From positions 17,519-81,518 of the forward strand of contig CABZAL010000001.1 of assembly GCA_902523675.1 (NCBI GenBank): a DNA stretch of 64,000 bases, read 5' to 3'. The first letter of the stretch is position 1. Every line of letters starts with the position of its first letter. The notes beneath the pieces were generated by a model. The model had not been told where the DNA came from and made no database searches. It was given only the letters and a program-made list of their open reading frames with translations. This document shows, piece after piece, positions 9,530 through 19,764 of the stretch. The stretch comes from an uncultured Alphaproteobacteria bacterium (GTDB lineage Bacteria > Pseudomonadota > Alphaproteobacteria > Methylaequorales > Methylaequoraceae). Both the position numbers and the translations under genes were made by a program.

Positions 9530-10782
9530 TGAGATATGAGCAAAACTTTTATAATATTAATTACAAAATTACTAAATCGGAAAAAAATAAATTAAAAAAA
9601 ACTTTTATAAAAATAAATGAATCAATTGAAAAATTAAATCTACCTTGTTTATCGATTGTTAAAAATAACTCTTATCTTAAAGAAATAAGAGATATGACAA
9701 AAAAATATGGAAAATTTAAGAATATTCTTATCTGTGGAACCGGAGGTTCAAGTTTGGGAGGTAAAACTCTATGCGAACTAAATAAAACCAAAAATTTGAA
9801 TAAAAAAATTCCAAATTTGTATTTTATCGAAAACGTAGACCCAGCGCCTATACTAAATATTTTAGATAATATAGATTTGGAAAAAACTGCAACTATTGTT
9901 ATTTCTAAATCTGGGGAAACAATTGAAACATTATGTCAATTTTTCTTAATATATAACTTTTATAAAAAAAAAAGAAAAAGTTTAAAATCCAAACTTTTAG
10001 TTATCACAGAAAATAAAATAAGTACGTTAAAAAAGATATATGAAGAAACAAATTGTGACTATCTGATTCATGATAACAAAATAGGTGGTCGTTTTTCTGT
10101 ATTTTCAAATGTGGCTCTTTTACCAGCCTTGCTCTCCTCAGTTGATATCGATGGTATTATTAGCGGAGGAAAAGAGGTTCTTGACGATTTTCAAAATTCT
10201 AAGGATTTGTTTTCAATAAAACCGATCCTATCAGCTTATTACAGTTTTAAACTTATGCGTTCAAAGTTTAAACAATTTGTATTAATGCCTTATTCAGATG
10301 CACTAGTTAATTTTTCTTTATGGTATAGGCAACTTTGGGGAGAAAGCATTGGAAAAGAAGGAAAGGGGTCAACTCCAATAAATGCAATCGGAACTATTGA
10401 TCAACATAGTCAATTACAGCTTTATTTAGATGGTCCAAAAGATAAGTTTATAAGTATTGTTGGAATTAATCGTTATTGTAGAAGTTTAAGTCTAAAAACA
10501 AAGCTTTCAAAACAATTTGTATATTCACCATTAGATAAGAAGACTATGGAGAGCCTGTTTAAGGCAGAACAGAAAGCTACTTTTGATACAATCAAAAAAA
10601 AAAAAATTCCATTAAGAAAAATCGACGTTGATTTTTTAGATGAAATTAGTTTAGGATCATTGTTAATGCATTTTTTTTTAGAAACAATTTTTACTTCTTA
10701 TCTATTAAATATCAACCCATTTGATCAGCCTGCGGTTGAGGAAGGAAAAATTCTTACGAAAAAATATCTTAAAGATGAATGA
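9526..10782 (+). CDS. pgi: Glucose-6-phosphate isomerase (short SIS-domain type)
   Basis: 418 aa. SIS-domain motifs: ICGTGGSSLGGK, GGRFSVFSNVALLPA, WGESIGKEGKG, IDQHSQLQLY. ATGA overlap with the upstream gene. Confidence 0.8.
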   Translation: MMRYEQNFYNINYKITKSEKNKLKKTFIKINESIEKLNLPCLSIVKNNSYLKEIRDMTKKYGKFKNILICGTGGSSLGGKTLCELNKTKNLNKKIPNLYFIENVDPAPILNILDNIDLEKTATIVISKSGETIETLCQFFLIYNFYKKKRKSLKSKLLVITENKISTLKKIYEETNCDYLIHDNKIGGRFSVFSNVALLPALLSSVDIDGIISGGKEVLDDFQNSKDLFSIKPILSAYYSFKLMRSKFKQFVLMPYSDALVNFSLWYRQLWGESIGKEGKGSTPINAIGTIDQHSQLQLYLDGPKDKFISIVGINRYCRSLSLKTKLSKQFVYSPLDKKTMESLFKAEQKATFDTIKKKKIPLRKIDVDFLDEISLGSLLMHFFLETIFTSYLLNINPFDQPAVEEGKILTKKYLKDE

Positions 10783-12514
10783 AATAAAAGAATTATCTCA
10801 AGAGTTAATAAATAAAATATCTGCAGGAGAAGTTATTGAAAGACCATCATCAGTTGTAAAAGAATTGGTTGAAAACAGCATCGATGCGAAATCTTCTATT
10901 ATTGATATACATATAAGAAATGGTGGAAAGACCGAGATTAGAGTTTCAGACAATGGAGTTGGTATAAATTCAAAAGATGTGAAATTAGCATTCAAAAGAC
11001 ACGCCACATCAAAGTTATCAGATCATAACCTTCTAAAAATAAGTACTTTAGGTTTCAGAGGTGAGGCACTATCTTCTATCGCATCAATATCTAGAATGAA
11101 AATATATACAAGTATATCTGATATAGCTGATGGAAAAAGTTTTGAGGTTAACTCTGGACTAATTGGGGAACTAAAGCCATCACCAAGGAAAATAGGAACG
11201 ACTATTGAAGTTAATGAATTGTTTTACTCTACTCCAGCAAGGTTAAAGTTCTTAAAAACTGAGAATTATGAAACTTTATTAATTAAGCAGTGTATTCAAA
11301 AATTAGCACTTTCAAACCCTGATATTGAATTTAATTTTTATAGTAATGAGAAAAAAATAATATCTTCTTTAGCATCTAAGAATCTTAATTTTAATAAAAA
11401 GTTAGAACATAGGATTGTATCATTATTTGGATCTGAGTTTTTTAAAAATTTAATATGGTTTAATGAAAAAATTGACTGTTATAATTTTTTTGGCTTCATA
11501 GGTCTTCCAACCTTTCATCATTCAAATAGTGCAAAGCAATTTACTTTCGTCAACAAAAGACCAATTCATGATAGATATTTATATAATTCAATTAAAGCAG
11601 CTTATAAAGATTTCTTATCGTATGATAGATTCCCTCAAGTAGTTCTTTTTATAAATTCTCCTTTAGAGGACGTTGATATAAATGTGCATCCGACGAAAAA
11701 TGAAGTTCGTTTTAAAAATATGCAAAATCTTAGATCTTTACTAATAAGATCAATTAAAAAAGGTTTAGAATCAGCAGGACATAAATCGAGTACTATTAAC
11801 ACTCTCAAGACTCTAGATACTATAAATAAAAATAATTTAAATTTTATGACAAAAAAGGTTGACGATCCCTTTTTATCTAACAACTATTTTAATAAAGAAA
11901 ATAGTACAAATTTAACAGAAGAAATTTGTCAAGATTATCCTTTGGGTCTAGCAAAAAGTCAATTCCACGAAACTTATATTATTTCACAAACAAAAAATGG
12001 TATTGTGATAATCGATCAGCATGCTGCACATGAAAGGATAGTTTATGAAAAATTAAAAAAAAATTATAATCAAAATAATTTAGAAACCCAAATATTGTTA
12101 ATACCTGAAATCATAGAAGTTATTTCTGAGGAACTCGATATACTTTTAAATCATCGAGATTTTCTAGCTAGATATAGTTTATTAATTGAAAAGTTTTCGA
12201 ATGAATCCATTATAGTCAGAGAAGTTCCATTAATACTAATAAATTGCAATATAAGTCTGCTTATGAAGGATATAATTTCTGATTTAATTGAAATTGGTGA
12301 TAGTCAAATTTTAGAAACAAATATTAATAAGATATGTTCTTCAATGGCTTGTCATGGTTCAATTAGAGCTGGTAGGCAAATGTATCAAGATGAAATGAAT
12401 AAGCTTCTGAGGGAAATGGAATCTACACCTTACTCAGGCCAATGTAATCATGGCAGACCTACCTACATAGAACTCAATTTAAATCAAATTGAAAGTCTGT
12501 TTGGAAGAAAATAA
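10775..12514 (+). CDS. mutL: DNA mismatch repair protein MutL
   Basis: GHKL ATPase N-terminus (ELVENSIDA, GFRGEAL). Conserved C-terminal dimerisation region (QHAAHERIVYE). Start taken at MNEIKEL (10775) rather than the track ORF start at 10721. Confidence 0.9.
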   Translation: MNEIKELSQELINKISAGEVIERPSSVVKELVENSIDAKSSIIDIHIRNGGKTEIRVSDNGVGINSKDVKLAFKRHATSKLSDHNLLKISTLGFRGEALSSIASISRMKIYTSISDIADGKSFEVNSGLIGELKPSPRKIGTTIEVNELFYSTPARLKFLKTENYETLLIKQCIQKLALSNPDIEFNFYSNEKKIISSLASKNLNFNKKLEHRIVSLFGSEFFKNLIWFNEKIDCYNFFGFIGLPTFHHSNSAKQFTFVNKRPIHDRYLYNSIKAAYKDFLSYDRFPQVVLFINSPLEDVDINVHPTKNEVRFKNMQNLRSLLIRSIKKGLESAGHKSSTINTLKTLDTINKNNLNFMTKKVDDPFLSNNYFNKENSTNLTEEICQDYPLGLAKSQFHETYIISQTKNGIVIIDQHAAHERIVYEKLKKNYNQNNLETQILLIPEIIEVISEELDILLNHRDFLARYSLLIEKFSNESIIVREVPLILINCNISLLMKDIISDLIEIGDSQILETNINKICSSMACHGSIRAGRQMYQDEMNKLLREMESTPYSGQCNHGRPTYIELNLNQIESLFGRK

Positions 12515-13072
12515 CTAATTTATTTTAATGAAAGAAAATTTAGAATTACCATTTTTCTTAATTTTCATTAAACTTACGACGCTATCTTCAGAAATGTCTT
12601 CTTTTTTAAACGTTTCCACAACACCAATAGAACCTGTATTTATAAGTTTACAAAAAACAAGATTGGAAATTACATGATTACTGATAGTTTTTATGTATGG
12701 AGCATCAAGAAAAAAAATATCAAATTTCTTACTAATTTTTACTTTTTTAGTTAAGTCAAGTTTATAAAAATTACATTGCGATAAAATATTTAAATTTTTG
12801 CAATTTTCTTTAGTAATTCTTAGAGAGTTTTCGGAATTATCAATGAATGTTACAAATTTTGCTCCCCTTGATATTGTTTCAATTCCCAGAGATCCAGTTC
12901 CACAAAAACCGTCAAGAACATTTGAATCACTAAATGAAGTATTTTCCTTAATTAAAATAGATTCTAGCGTGCTAAAAATCATTTCTTTTGCACGATAAGA
13001 GGTAGGTCGTACTTTTAATTTACCTGGACTAATTATTTTACTTTTTTTAAGTCTACCTGAAATAATTCTCAC
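12515..13072 (-). CDS. rsmD: 16S rRNA (guanine966-N2)-methyltransferase
   Basis: 185 aa. DGFCGTGSLGIE SAM-binding motif and DAPY catalytic motif. Confidence 0.85.
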   Translation of the reverse strand: MRIISGRLKKSKIISPGKLKVRPTSYRAKEMIFSTLESILIKENTSFSDSNVLDGFCGTGSLGIETISRGAKFVTFIDNSENSLRITKENCKNLNILSQCNFYKLDLTKKVKISKKFDIFFLDAPYIKTISNHVISNLVFCKLINTGSIGVVETFKKEDISEDSVVSLMKIKKNGNSKFSFIKIN

Positions 13073-13814
13073 TTTTAAAACCTAACTCTTTGAGTTTCTT
13101 TTTAAGAACAATTTTGTTAATTTCAAGAACATTATTTAATTTTAATTTATTAATTTTAAAAGGGCCAAATTGAATTCTTTTAAGTTGTTTAATCTTAAGT
13201 TTATAAAAACTACAAATTTTTCTAATTTCCCTGTTTTTTCCCTCTATTAAGGTAAATTTTAAAATACTATTTTTGTTTTCTTTAATTATTTTTAAATTTA
13301 TTGATTTATAGTTCACTCCCTCAATCTCCACTCCTTTTCTTAAGGCATTAATATCTAGGTTTTTGACATCTCCTTTAACTGTCACCAAATATTTTCTAAC
13401 AATTTTATTTTTAGGGTTTTCTAAGAAAGATGAAAATTCTGAATTGTTTGTTAATAGTAATAATCCCTCTGAATTTAAATCTAACCTACCAATAGAAACA
13501 ACCCTTGGTAAATATTCTGGAAGCACATCAAATATTCTTTTTTTTCCGTACTGGTTACTATTGGAGCATATCAGACCAATAGATTTATTAAAGCTCCAAA
13601 CCCTTATTGGAGGAATAACGATATTTTTTTTTTGAATACTAATTTTATTAATTTTGTCTATACTTATAATGTGATTTTTGTAAATCGAACCATCTACAAA
13701 AACCTCTCCTTGATCTATTAATTTTTCAGCTTCTCTTCTTGAACAAAAGCCTGAACGAGATATTACTTTTACTAATCTTACAATTTTATTTTTCAATTTT
13801 TTTTGCTGATTCAA
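13053..13814 (-). CDS. Pseudouridine synthase, RsuA/RluB family
   Basis: N-terminal S4 domain (FCSRREAEKLI). Catalytic GRLD motif (VSIGRLDLNSEGLLLLTN). Confidence 0.8.
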   Translation of the reverse strand: MNQQKKLKNKIVRLVKVISRSGFCSRREAEKLIDQGEVFVDGSIYKNHIISIDKINKISIQKKNIVIPPIRVWSFNKSIGLICSNSNQYGKKRIFDVLPEYLPRVVSIGRLDLNSEGLLLLTNNSEFSSFLENPKNKIVRKYLVTVKGDVKNLDINALRKGVEIEGVNYKSINLKIIKENKNSILKFTLIEGKNREIRKICSFYKLKIKQLKRIQFGPFKINKLKLNNVLEINKIVLKKKLKELGFKSENYFR

Positions 13815-14508
13815 TTAGAGAGGAGAATATTTTTTCATCAGAATCGTCAATAAGAAATTCTGGGTGCCATTGAACACCAAGACAAAAATCTAGCTCTGTA
13901 AATTCTATTCCTTCAATTATTCCATCTGGTGCAGTGGCATTTATAACTACATTTTTTGCAACTGTTTTAACAGATTGGTGATGCGCAGAATTAACATACA
14001 TTTTTTTCTTTTTAGTTATTGAAAATAATTTACTTTCTTTGATTATGTTTACCCAATGACTAGCTTGATCCCTTGGATTTTCTTGCTCATGAGCAATATT
14101 TGTCTTATATTCATCGGGAATATGTTGAAATAGTGAACCACCAAGAATTACATTTAAAAGTTGTTGACCCCCGCAGATTCCAAGCAAAGGAATTTTTTTT
14201 TTCATTGCTGATTCAGTTATTTTTAATTCAAAATTTGTTCTTTCTGGTTTAAGGATGACATTAGGATTTATATCTTTTTCTCCATAAAGATTAGGATCAA
14301 CATCAAAATCTCCTCCAGTGATAATTAAACCGTTTATTATTTCAAGATAGTTATCAATTCTATTTTCAATATGAGGTAGAAAAATAGGAACACCACTACA
14401 TAATGTTACGCATTCAGCATAATTTTTTCTTGCCGCATACCACGGAAAATTAGAATAAGTTTTTTTATTCTCTTGATCAAGTGTTATTCCAATAATAGGT
14501 TGATACAT
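13786..14508 (-). CDS. Class I glutamine amidotransferase-like hydrolase (peptidase C26 / gamma-glutamyl-GABA hydrolase family)
   Basis: 240 aa. Nucleophile elbow GICGGQQ and His at HHQSV; Cys-His-Glu triad arrangement typical of PuuD-like proteins. Confidence 0.75.
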   Translation of the reverse strand: MYQPIIGITLDQENKKTYSNFPWYAARKNYAECVTLCSGVPIFLPHIENRIDNYLEIINGLIITGGDFDVDPNLYGEKDINPNVILKPERTNFELKITESAMKKKIPLLGICGGQQLLNVILGGSLFQHIPDEYKTNIAHEQENPRDQASHWVNIIKESKLFSITKKKKMYVNSAHHQSVKTVAKNVVINATAPDGIIEGIEFTELDFCLGVQWHPEFLIDDSDEKIFSSLIESAKKIEK

Positions 14509-14541
14509 AAAAAAAGAATTTGTTATAGTTTAAATTAGCAT

Positions 14542-14889
14542 ATGCTTAATAAATGTAAAATTACTATTCACGATATCTCAATTATTGTTATTATAAAAAA
14601 AACTTTTACATCTATAAAGATTTGGAAGACATTTTCATATACTTCAATTAATAAAAAATGGGATGATGAGAACTATTTTCGGTTTGATATCAATTGTCCA
14701 CTAGAATGTGACGCAAAATCTGTTATTGAATTAGGAGATATTGTTTTTTGGCCAGAAGGCAAATGTATTGCACTTGGATATGGTCCAACAGCAATATCGA
14801 AAGGTCAAGAGATTAGGTTGATTTCAAAATACAACATTAGGGGGAAGTCGACCTTCAATATGCACAGGCTTAAAAAGTTTTCAGGATAA
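14542..14889 (+). CDS. Hypothetical small protein, cyclophilin-like (TM1367/DUF3830-like) fold suspected
   Basis: 115 aa. The GDIVFWPEGKCIALGYGPTAISKGQEIRL segment resembles the conserved core of the cyclophilin-like small protein family. Function unknown. Confidence 0.35.
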   Translation: MLNKCKITIHDISIIVIIKKTFTSIKIWKTFSYTSINKKWDDENYFRFDINCPLECDAKSVIELGDIVFWPEGKCIALGYGPTAISKGQEIRLISKYNIRGKSTFNMHRLKKFSG

Positions 14890-14902
14890 GAAAAATTAAA
14901 GA

Positions 14903-15379
14903 TTGAGAGATTATAAAATTAATAAATTACAATATATAAAAGATCCTATGTCATTAGCATTAAAATTAGCGAAAAGTTGCGATGATTCAAATGATGTTCC
15001 GGTCGGCTGTGTGATAGTTAATGAAGATTCAAAGCTTATTAGCTGTGCCAGAAATTCAGTAGTTAAAAATAAAGATGCAACTGCACATGCAGAAATATTA
15101 GCAATAAGATCTGCTTGTGATTTCTTAAAATCTTATAGATTATTAGATTACATATTGTATGTAACTCTTGAACCATGTGCAATGTGTGAAGCAGCAATTC
15201 ATCAATCAAAAATAAAGAAAGTTTTTTTTGGAGCTTACAATCAAAATTTCAAACAAATACAAAAAAACATCAAAAAAAAATACCTTTTTTCTCAAAAACA
15301 ATCTCATTATTTTGGTGGTTTTAGTGAATATCAAAGTTTAAGACTCATTAAAAAGTTTTTTAAAGAAAAGAGACCTTAA
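14903..15379 (+). CDS. tadA: tRNA-specific adenosine deaminase
   Basis: CDA-fold zinc motifs HAEILAI and TLEPCAMCEAAI. The true start may be the internal Met at about 14948. Confidence 0.85.
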   Translation: MRDYKINKLQYIKDPMSLALKLAKSCDDSNDVPVGCVIVNEDSKLISCARNSVVKNKDATAHAEILAIRSACDFLKSYRLLDYILYVTLEPCAMCEAAIHQSKIKKVFFGAYNQNFKQIQKNIKKKYLFSQKQSHYFGGFSEYQSLRLIKKFFKEKRP

Positions 15380-15388
15380 ATTTAAAAA

Positions 15389-16645
15389 TTATTTACCAAT
15401 ATCCTTCCTAAAAAAACCGTTTTCCCAATTTAATTTTTTTAAAACACTATAAACTCGTTTTCTTGCGATTTTAATACTTTTACCCATTGCTGTGATTGTT
15501 AACACTCTACCACCAGATGAGAATATTTTATCCATATTTTTTTTTGTTCCTGAATGAAAAATTTCTATACCATCTTCTTTTTGAATTTTATTCAAATTTT
15601 TTATCAAAATATTTTTCTTAAATTTAAAAGGGTACCCTTTTGATGTCAACACAACACATAAACATGGATCTGCTATCTTTTTTAGTTTTGATAGATTAAG
15701 CTTATCATTTGAAACATTTTTAAAGTCTTTTATGATGTCAGATTTATATCTTCTCATTATTACTTGGCATTCAGGATCTCCAAACCTTACATTATACTCA
15801 ATAACTTTGGGTCCATTGTTTGTAATAATTAAGCCTAAAAATAAAACACCTCTGTAGGTAATGTTACTTTTTTTAAGTCCGTGAAAAGTTGGATCTATTA
15901 TTTCCTTTAAAATCTTTTTTTCAATTTTTGAGTTAATTTTGTTCGAAGGTGTAAATGCGCCCATACCTCCAGTATTTGGACCTTTTTCTCCATCAAAGAG
16001 TTTTTTATGGTCAAGAGCATAATCAATTGGTAAATAGTTTTTTTTATCAATATAGATGAAATAACTAATTTCAAATCCTTCTAAATATTCCTCAATTAAA
16101 ATTTGATTTCCTGCATTTCCGAATTTTTTTTGTATCAAAATCTCATAACAGTTTTTAATTGCCTCATCGGGTTTTGCGGAAATTAGTACTCCTTTGCCAG
16201 CTGCTAATCCACTTACCTTGATGACAAAAGGACCTTTGTTACTATAGATGTATTGTTTAGCTTTTTCAAAATTAGTAAATTTGCTGTATTTGGCAGTTGG
16301 AATATTAAATTTTTTCATAAATTGTTTTGAAAAAACTTTAGATGTTTCAAGTTTGGAGGCTTGTTTCGATGGTCCAAAAACAGCAATATTTTTTTTTATT
16401 AGATAATCACTTAAACCTTGTTCAAGATAAGTCTCTGGACCAATGACAACGAAATCAATTAAATATTTAATACAAAATTTATAAATATCTAATTTTTTTC
16501 TTGGATCAATTGCAAAACATTTTGCCATTGAGGAAATTCCACCATTACCAGGTATACAGTAAAGATTTTTACATTTAGGTGATTGCTTTATTTTCCAACA
16601 TAAAGCATGCTCACGACCACCGCTACCTAAAACAAGAATATTCAA
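15389..16645 (-). CDS. purD: Phosphoribosylamine--glycine ligase
   Basis: 418 aa. MNILVLGSGGREHAL N-terminus and ATP-grasp body typical of PurD. Confidence 0.9.
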   Translation of the reverse strand: MNILVLGSGGREHALCWKIKQSPKCKNLYCIPGNGGISSMAKCFAIDPRKKLDIYKFCIKYLIDFVVIGPETYLEQGLSDYLIKKNIAVFGPSKQASKLETSKVFSKQFMKKFNIPTAKYSKFTNFEKAKQYIYSNKGPFVIKVSGLAAGKGVLISAKPDEAIKNCYEILIQKKFGNAGNQILIEEYLEGFEISYFIYIDKKNYLPIDYALDHKKLFDGEKGPNTGGMGAFTPSNKINSKIEKKILKEIIDPTFHGLKKSNITYRGVLFLGLIITNNGPKVIEYNVRFGDPECQVIMRRYKSDIIKDFKNVSNDKLNLSKLKKIADPCLCVVLTSKGYPFKFKKNILIKNLNKIQKEDGIEIFHSGTKKNMDKIFSSGGRVLTITAMGKSIKIARKRVYSVLKKLNWENGFFRKDIGK

Positions 16646-16691
16646 AAAATTCCTTTTACTTTATTAATTTAATCATTCAATATAATCCTAC

Positions 16692-18008
16692 ATGGATTAT
16701 ATGAATAATATTAAAGAGTATACAGTATCAGAACTTAATCATTCTATAAAAAAAGTTATGGAAGGAAATTTTAATTTTTTAAAAGTTAAGGGTGAAATAT
16801 CTCAAATAAAAAAACATAACTCTGGGCATATTTATTTGACATTAAAAGACCATGAAGAAACCATCTCGTGTGTATGTTGGAGGACTAATGTAAGATCGCT
16901 TAATTCTATCCCTTCAGAAGGACAAAATGTTGAAATAACCGGAAAAGTATCTGTTTATTCACCTCAATCAAAGTATCAAATAATAATAGATAAAATGGAA
17001 GATGAGGGTGAAGGGACAATATTAAAAAGATTAGAGATTTTGAAAAAAAAATTATTAACAGAAGGTTTATTTGAAAAAAAATATAAAATTAACTTACCTT
17101 TGATTCCTAAAAAAATTGGTGTAATAACTTCAGAATCTGGAGCAGTTTTTAGAGACATTGTTCACAGAATAGAAAATAGATTTCCAACAAATTTAATTTT
17201 GTTTCCTGTAAATGTTCAAGGAAGAGAATGTGTAAGTCAAATAATAAATATGTTAGAGATTATAGAAGAAAGTGACTTTGGATTAGATTTAATTATACTG
17301 GCAAGAGGAGGAGGTAGCATTGAAGATTTGATGCCTTTTAATGATGAAATGTTGGTTAGAAAAATATACAAATTTCAGATACCAATAATTTCCGCTATCG
17401 GCCACGAAACTGATACAACATTATGCGACTTTGTTTCAGACTTAAGAGCTCCCACACCAACAGCAGCAGCAGAGTTTGCTGTCCCCGTGAAAGAAGAGTA
17501 CGATTTTAAACTTAGACAAATTTCACTAAATTTAATTAAATTAATAAGAAGGAAATTTGCGTTTCAGCAAAAGGATTTAAAGAATATTTCTCTTCAATTG
17601 ACTACTCCAAATGCAATTATTGAAAAAAATTATCAAACCTTAGATTTAATTGAGGTAAAGTTGAAAAATTTCTTAATTTCAATTTTTAAAGCAAAACAAG
17701 CAAAGCTTAAAATATTTTCAGATTATTTGAAATTTTATGACTTTAAAAATAAATTCCTTTTAATTTCTGAAAAAATAAAAAATATTAATTTGCTCTCCTT
17801 AATTACTGAAAAGGCTGAGTTGTACAAATTGAAGATAAATGAGAAGAAAAAATTATTAAATTCTCTATCATATAAAAAAGTCTTAAGAAGAGGATTTAGT
17901 GTTGTAAGAAAAAAAAATAAAATCATAAAAAATAGTCATGGAATAGATAAAGGTGACATTGTTTCAATTGAGTTTAGTGATAATAAAATTGATGCTAAAA
18001 AAATATAA
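16692..18008 (+). CDS. xseA: Exodeoxyribonuclease VII large subunit
   Basis: 438 aa. N-terminal OB fold (GEISQIKKHNSGHIYLTLKD). Catalytic region (ARGGGSIEDLMPFN). Confidence 0.9.
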   Translation: MDYMNNIKEYTVSELNHSIKKVMEGNFNFLKVKGEISQIKKHNSGHIYLTLKDHEETISCVCWRTNVRSLNSIPSEGQNVEITGKVSVYSPQSKYQIIIDKMEDEGEGTILKRLEILKKKLLTEGLFEKKYKINLPLIPKKIGVITSESGAVFRDIVHRIENRFPTNLILFPVNVQGRECVSQIINMLEIIEESDFGLDLIILARGGGSIEDLMPFNDEMLVRKIYKFQIPIISAIGHETDTTLCDFVSDLRAPTPTAAAEFAVPVKEEYDFKLRQISLNLIKLIRRKFAFQQKDLKNISLQLTTPNAIIEKNYQTLDLIEVKLKNFLISIFKAKQAKLKIFSDYLKFYDFKNKFLLISEKIKNINLLSLITEKAELYKLKINEKKKLLNSLSYKKVLRRGFSVVRKKNKIIKNSHGIDKGDIVSIEFSDNKIDAKKI

Positions 18009-18807
18009 TTTTATTTTTATTCTCATTTTCTTTTTTTCTAATTGGATTAGAGCAGATGAAATTAATTTTTTCAAAAAAATTCGAGGTTGTTTTTGCACAG
18101 GAGGTTTGATTGTTGGCAAAGTCGATAGAAGTGACAAAATATTAATTGATGGAAAATCTACAAAAATCTCTAAAGATGGTTATTTTGTTTTTGGTTTTGG
18201 CAGAAACTATCAAAATTCTGTAAATTTTAGTGTCAATGGTCGGAAATATACTCGTAACATCGAAAAAAAAAAATATAAAGTAGAAAGAATAAATAATTTA
18301 CCAAAAAGGAAAGTTGAACCATCAAAAGATGATCTTGATCAGATCATTAAGGATCAAAAAAAAATAAAATTAGCAAAAAAAAATTCAATAAATAGAAAAA
18401 TTTTCTCAAATAAATTTAGATTGCCCGTGGAAGGAAGAATCTCTGGGGTTTACGGTAGTCAAAGAATTTTAAATAAAATACCAAAAAGACCTCATTATGG
18501 ATTAGACATAGCTGCACCAAAAGGAAAAAAAATTTTCGCACCTAATAATGGTGTGGTTACCATGTCAGCTAAGAATATGTTTTTTACAGGTAATACTGTT
18601 ATTCTAGACCACGGATTAGGCTTAATATCTATTTTTGCACATTTGGAAGATATTTTTGTTGAAGTTGGTGAGGCCGTGGAAGTTGGAAAATTGATAGCAT
18701 CGGTAGGCATGACTGGCAGGGCAACTGGACCACATTTACATTGGGGTATGTATTTATCAAATATTCCAATAGACCCAATGTTAGTTGTAGAGGCAAATCT
18801 ATTTTAA
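17953..18807 (+). CDS. M23 family metallopeptidase (LytM-type)
   Basis: C-terminal M23 motifs HYGLDIAAP and HLHWGM. Signal-peptide-like N-terminus. The start is probably the internal Met near 17995, which would reduce the overlap with xseA. Confidence 0.8.
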   Translation: MTLFQLSLVIIKLMLKKYNFIFILIFFFSNWIRADEINFFKKIRGCFCTGGLIVGKVDRSDKILIDGKSTKISKDGYFVFGFGRNYQNSVNFSVNGRKYTRNIEKKKYKVERINNLPKRKVEPSKDDLDQIIKDQKKIKLAKKNSINRKIFSNKFRLPVEGRISGVYGSQRILNKIPKRPHYGLDIAAPKGKKIFAPNNGVVTMSAKNMFFTGNTVILDHGLGLISIFAHLEDIFVEVGEAVEVGKLIASVGMTGRATGPHLHWGMYLSNIPIDPMLVVEANLF

Positions 18808-19764
18808 TTTGTTATTTAGAAATTTTAAAAATTGATCTTTATTTTTAAAATCGATATTTAAATTCGCAACTATTATTTTATCTTTATATTTTTTTTCAAT
18901 TTTCACAAAATCTTTTAATGTTGTTACTAAATCAATTTTTTCATTTTCTGCAATTTTAATAATTTTTTCAATTTCCGAATTATAGAAATGGTGATGATCA
19001 GGGAACAATCTTTTTTTTTTAATAATTAAACCAAAATCCTCGAGCCCTTTAAAAAAACTTTCAGGATTCCCTAGTCCACAAAAAGCAAAGATTTTTCTTT
19101 TTGGTTTTTTGTTAAAACTTATTCTTTTGTTAGCAAAAAAAACAGGTAAAGAATTAGGAAGCTTTAAACTTGAATTTCTATTTTCATTATCAATACATAT
19201 AACTGCATCAGCTCTATATAGTCCATCTTCAATTTTTTCTCTTAGAGGTCCAGCAGGAAGTAATTTTTCGTTTCCAAACATTCTGTCAGATTCAAAAACT
19301 AGAATAGAAATATCTTTTTTAATATTTTTACTTTGAAAGCCATCATCTAAAATAATTAAATCAGACTTTAATTTTTCACATAATAAAGCTCCCTCTTTTC
19401 TATTTTTAGCTATGCATATTTTTCCATACATTTTATGAACGCAAGCTTCATCCCCTACTTCTTTAGCAGTATCATACTTTGAAACAATTTTAGGTTTTCT
19501 GTTTAAGCTTTTATACCCACGAGATAATACAAAAATATTTTTATAATTTTTTGATAATAATTTTCTCACTGCAATTGTGACTGAAGTTTTTCCAGATCCA
19601 CCAACACTCAAATTACCAATGCATATTGTTGGAGTTTTTATTCTAATTTCCTTTTCAAGACATCTTTTTAACAAATGTCCTTGATAATAAATATACGCTA
19701 AGGGCGAAAGAATAATTGATAAAATATGGTTTTTTTTAAACCAAAAACTTGGTGTTTTAATCAT
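18799..19764 (-). CDS. lpxK: Tetraacyldisaccharide 4'-kinase
   Basis: P-loop GNLSVGGSGKTS. 321 aa. Sits within the lipid A gene block. Confidence 0.85.
   Translation of the reverse strand: MIKTPSFWFKKNHILSIILSPLAYIYYQGHLLKRCLEKEIRIKTPTICIGNLSVGGSGKTSVTIAVRKLLSKNYKNIFVLSRGYKSLNRKPKIVSKYDTAKEVGDEACVHKMYGKICIAKNRKEGALLCEKLKSDLIILDDGFQSKNIKKDISILVFESDRMFGNEKLLPAGPLREKIEDGLYRADAVICIDNENRNSSLKLPNSLPVFFANKRISFNKKPKRKIFAFCGLGNPESFFKGLEDFGLIIKKKRLFPDHHHFYNSEIEKIIKIAENEKIDLVTTLKDFVKIEKKYKDKIIVANLNIDFKNKDQFLKFLNNKLK

Noticed and set aside
10721-10774. Upstream extension of the mutL ORF (track start 10721)
   Set aside because: The extension overlaps pgi by 62 nt. The conserved MutL N-terminus begins at the Met at 10775, which gives a typical 8-nt overlap.
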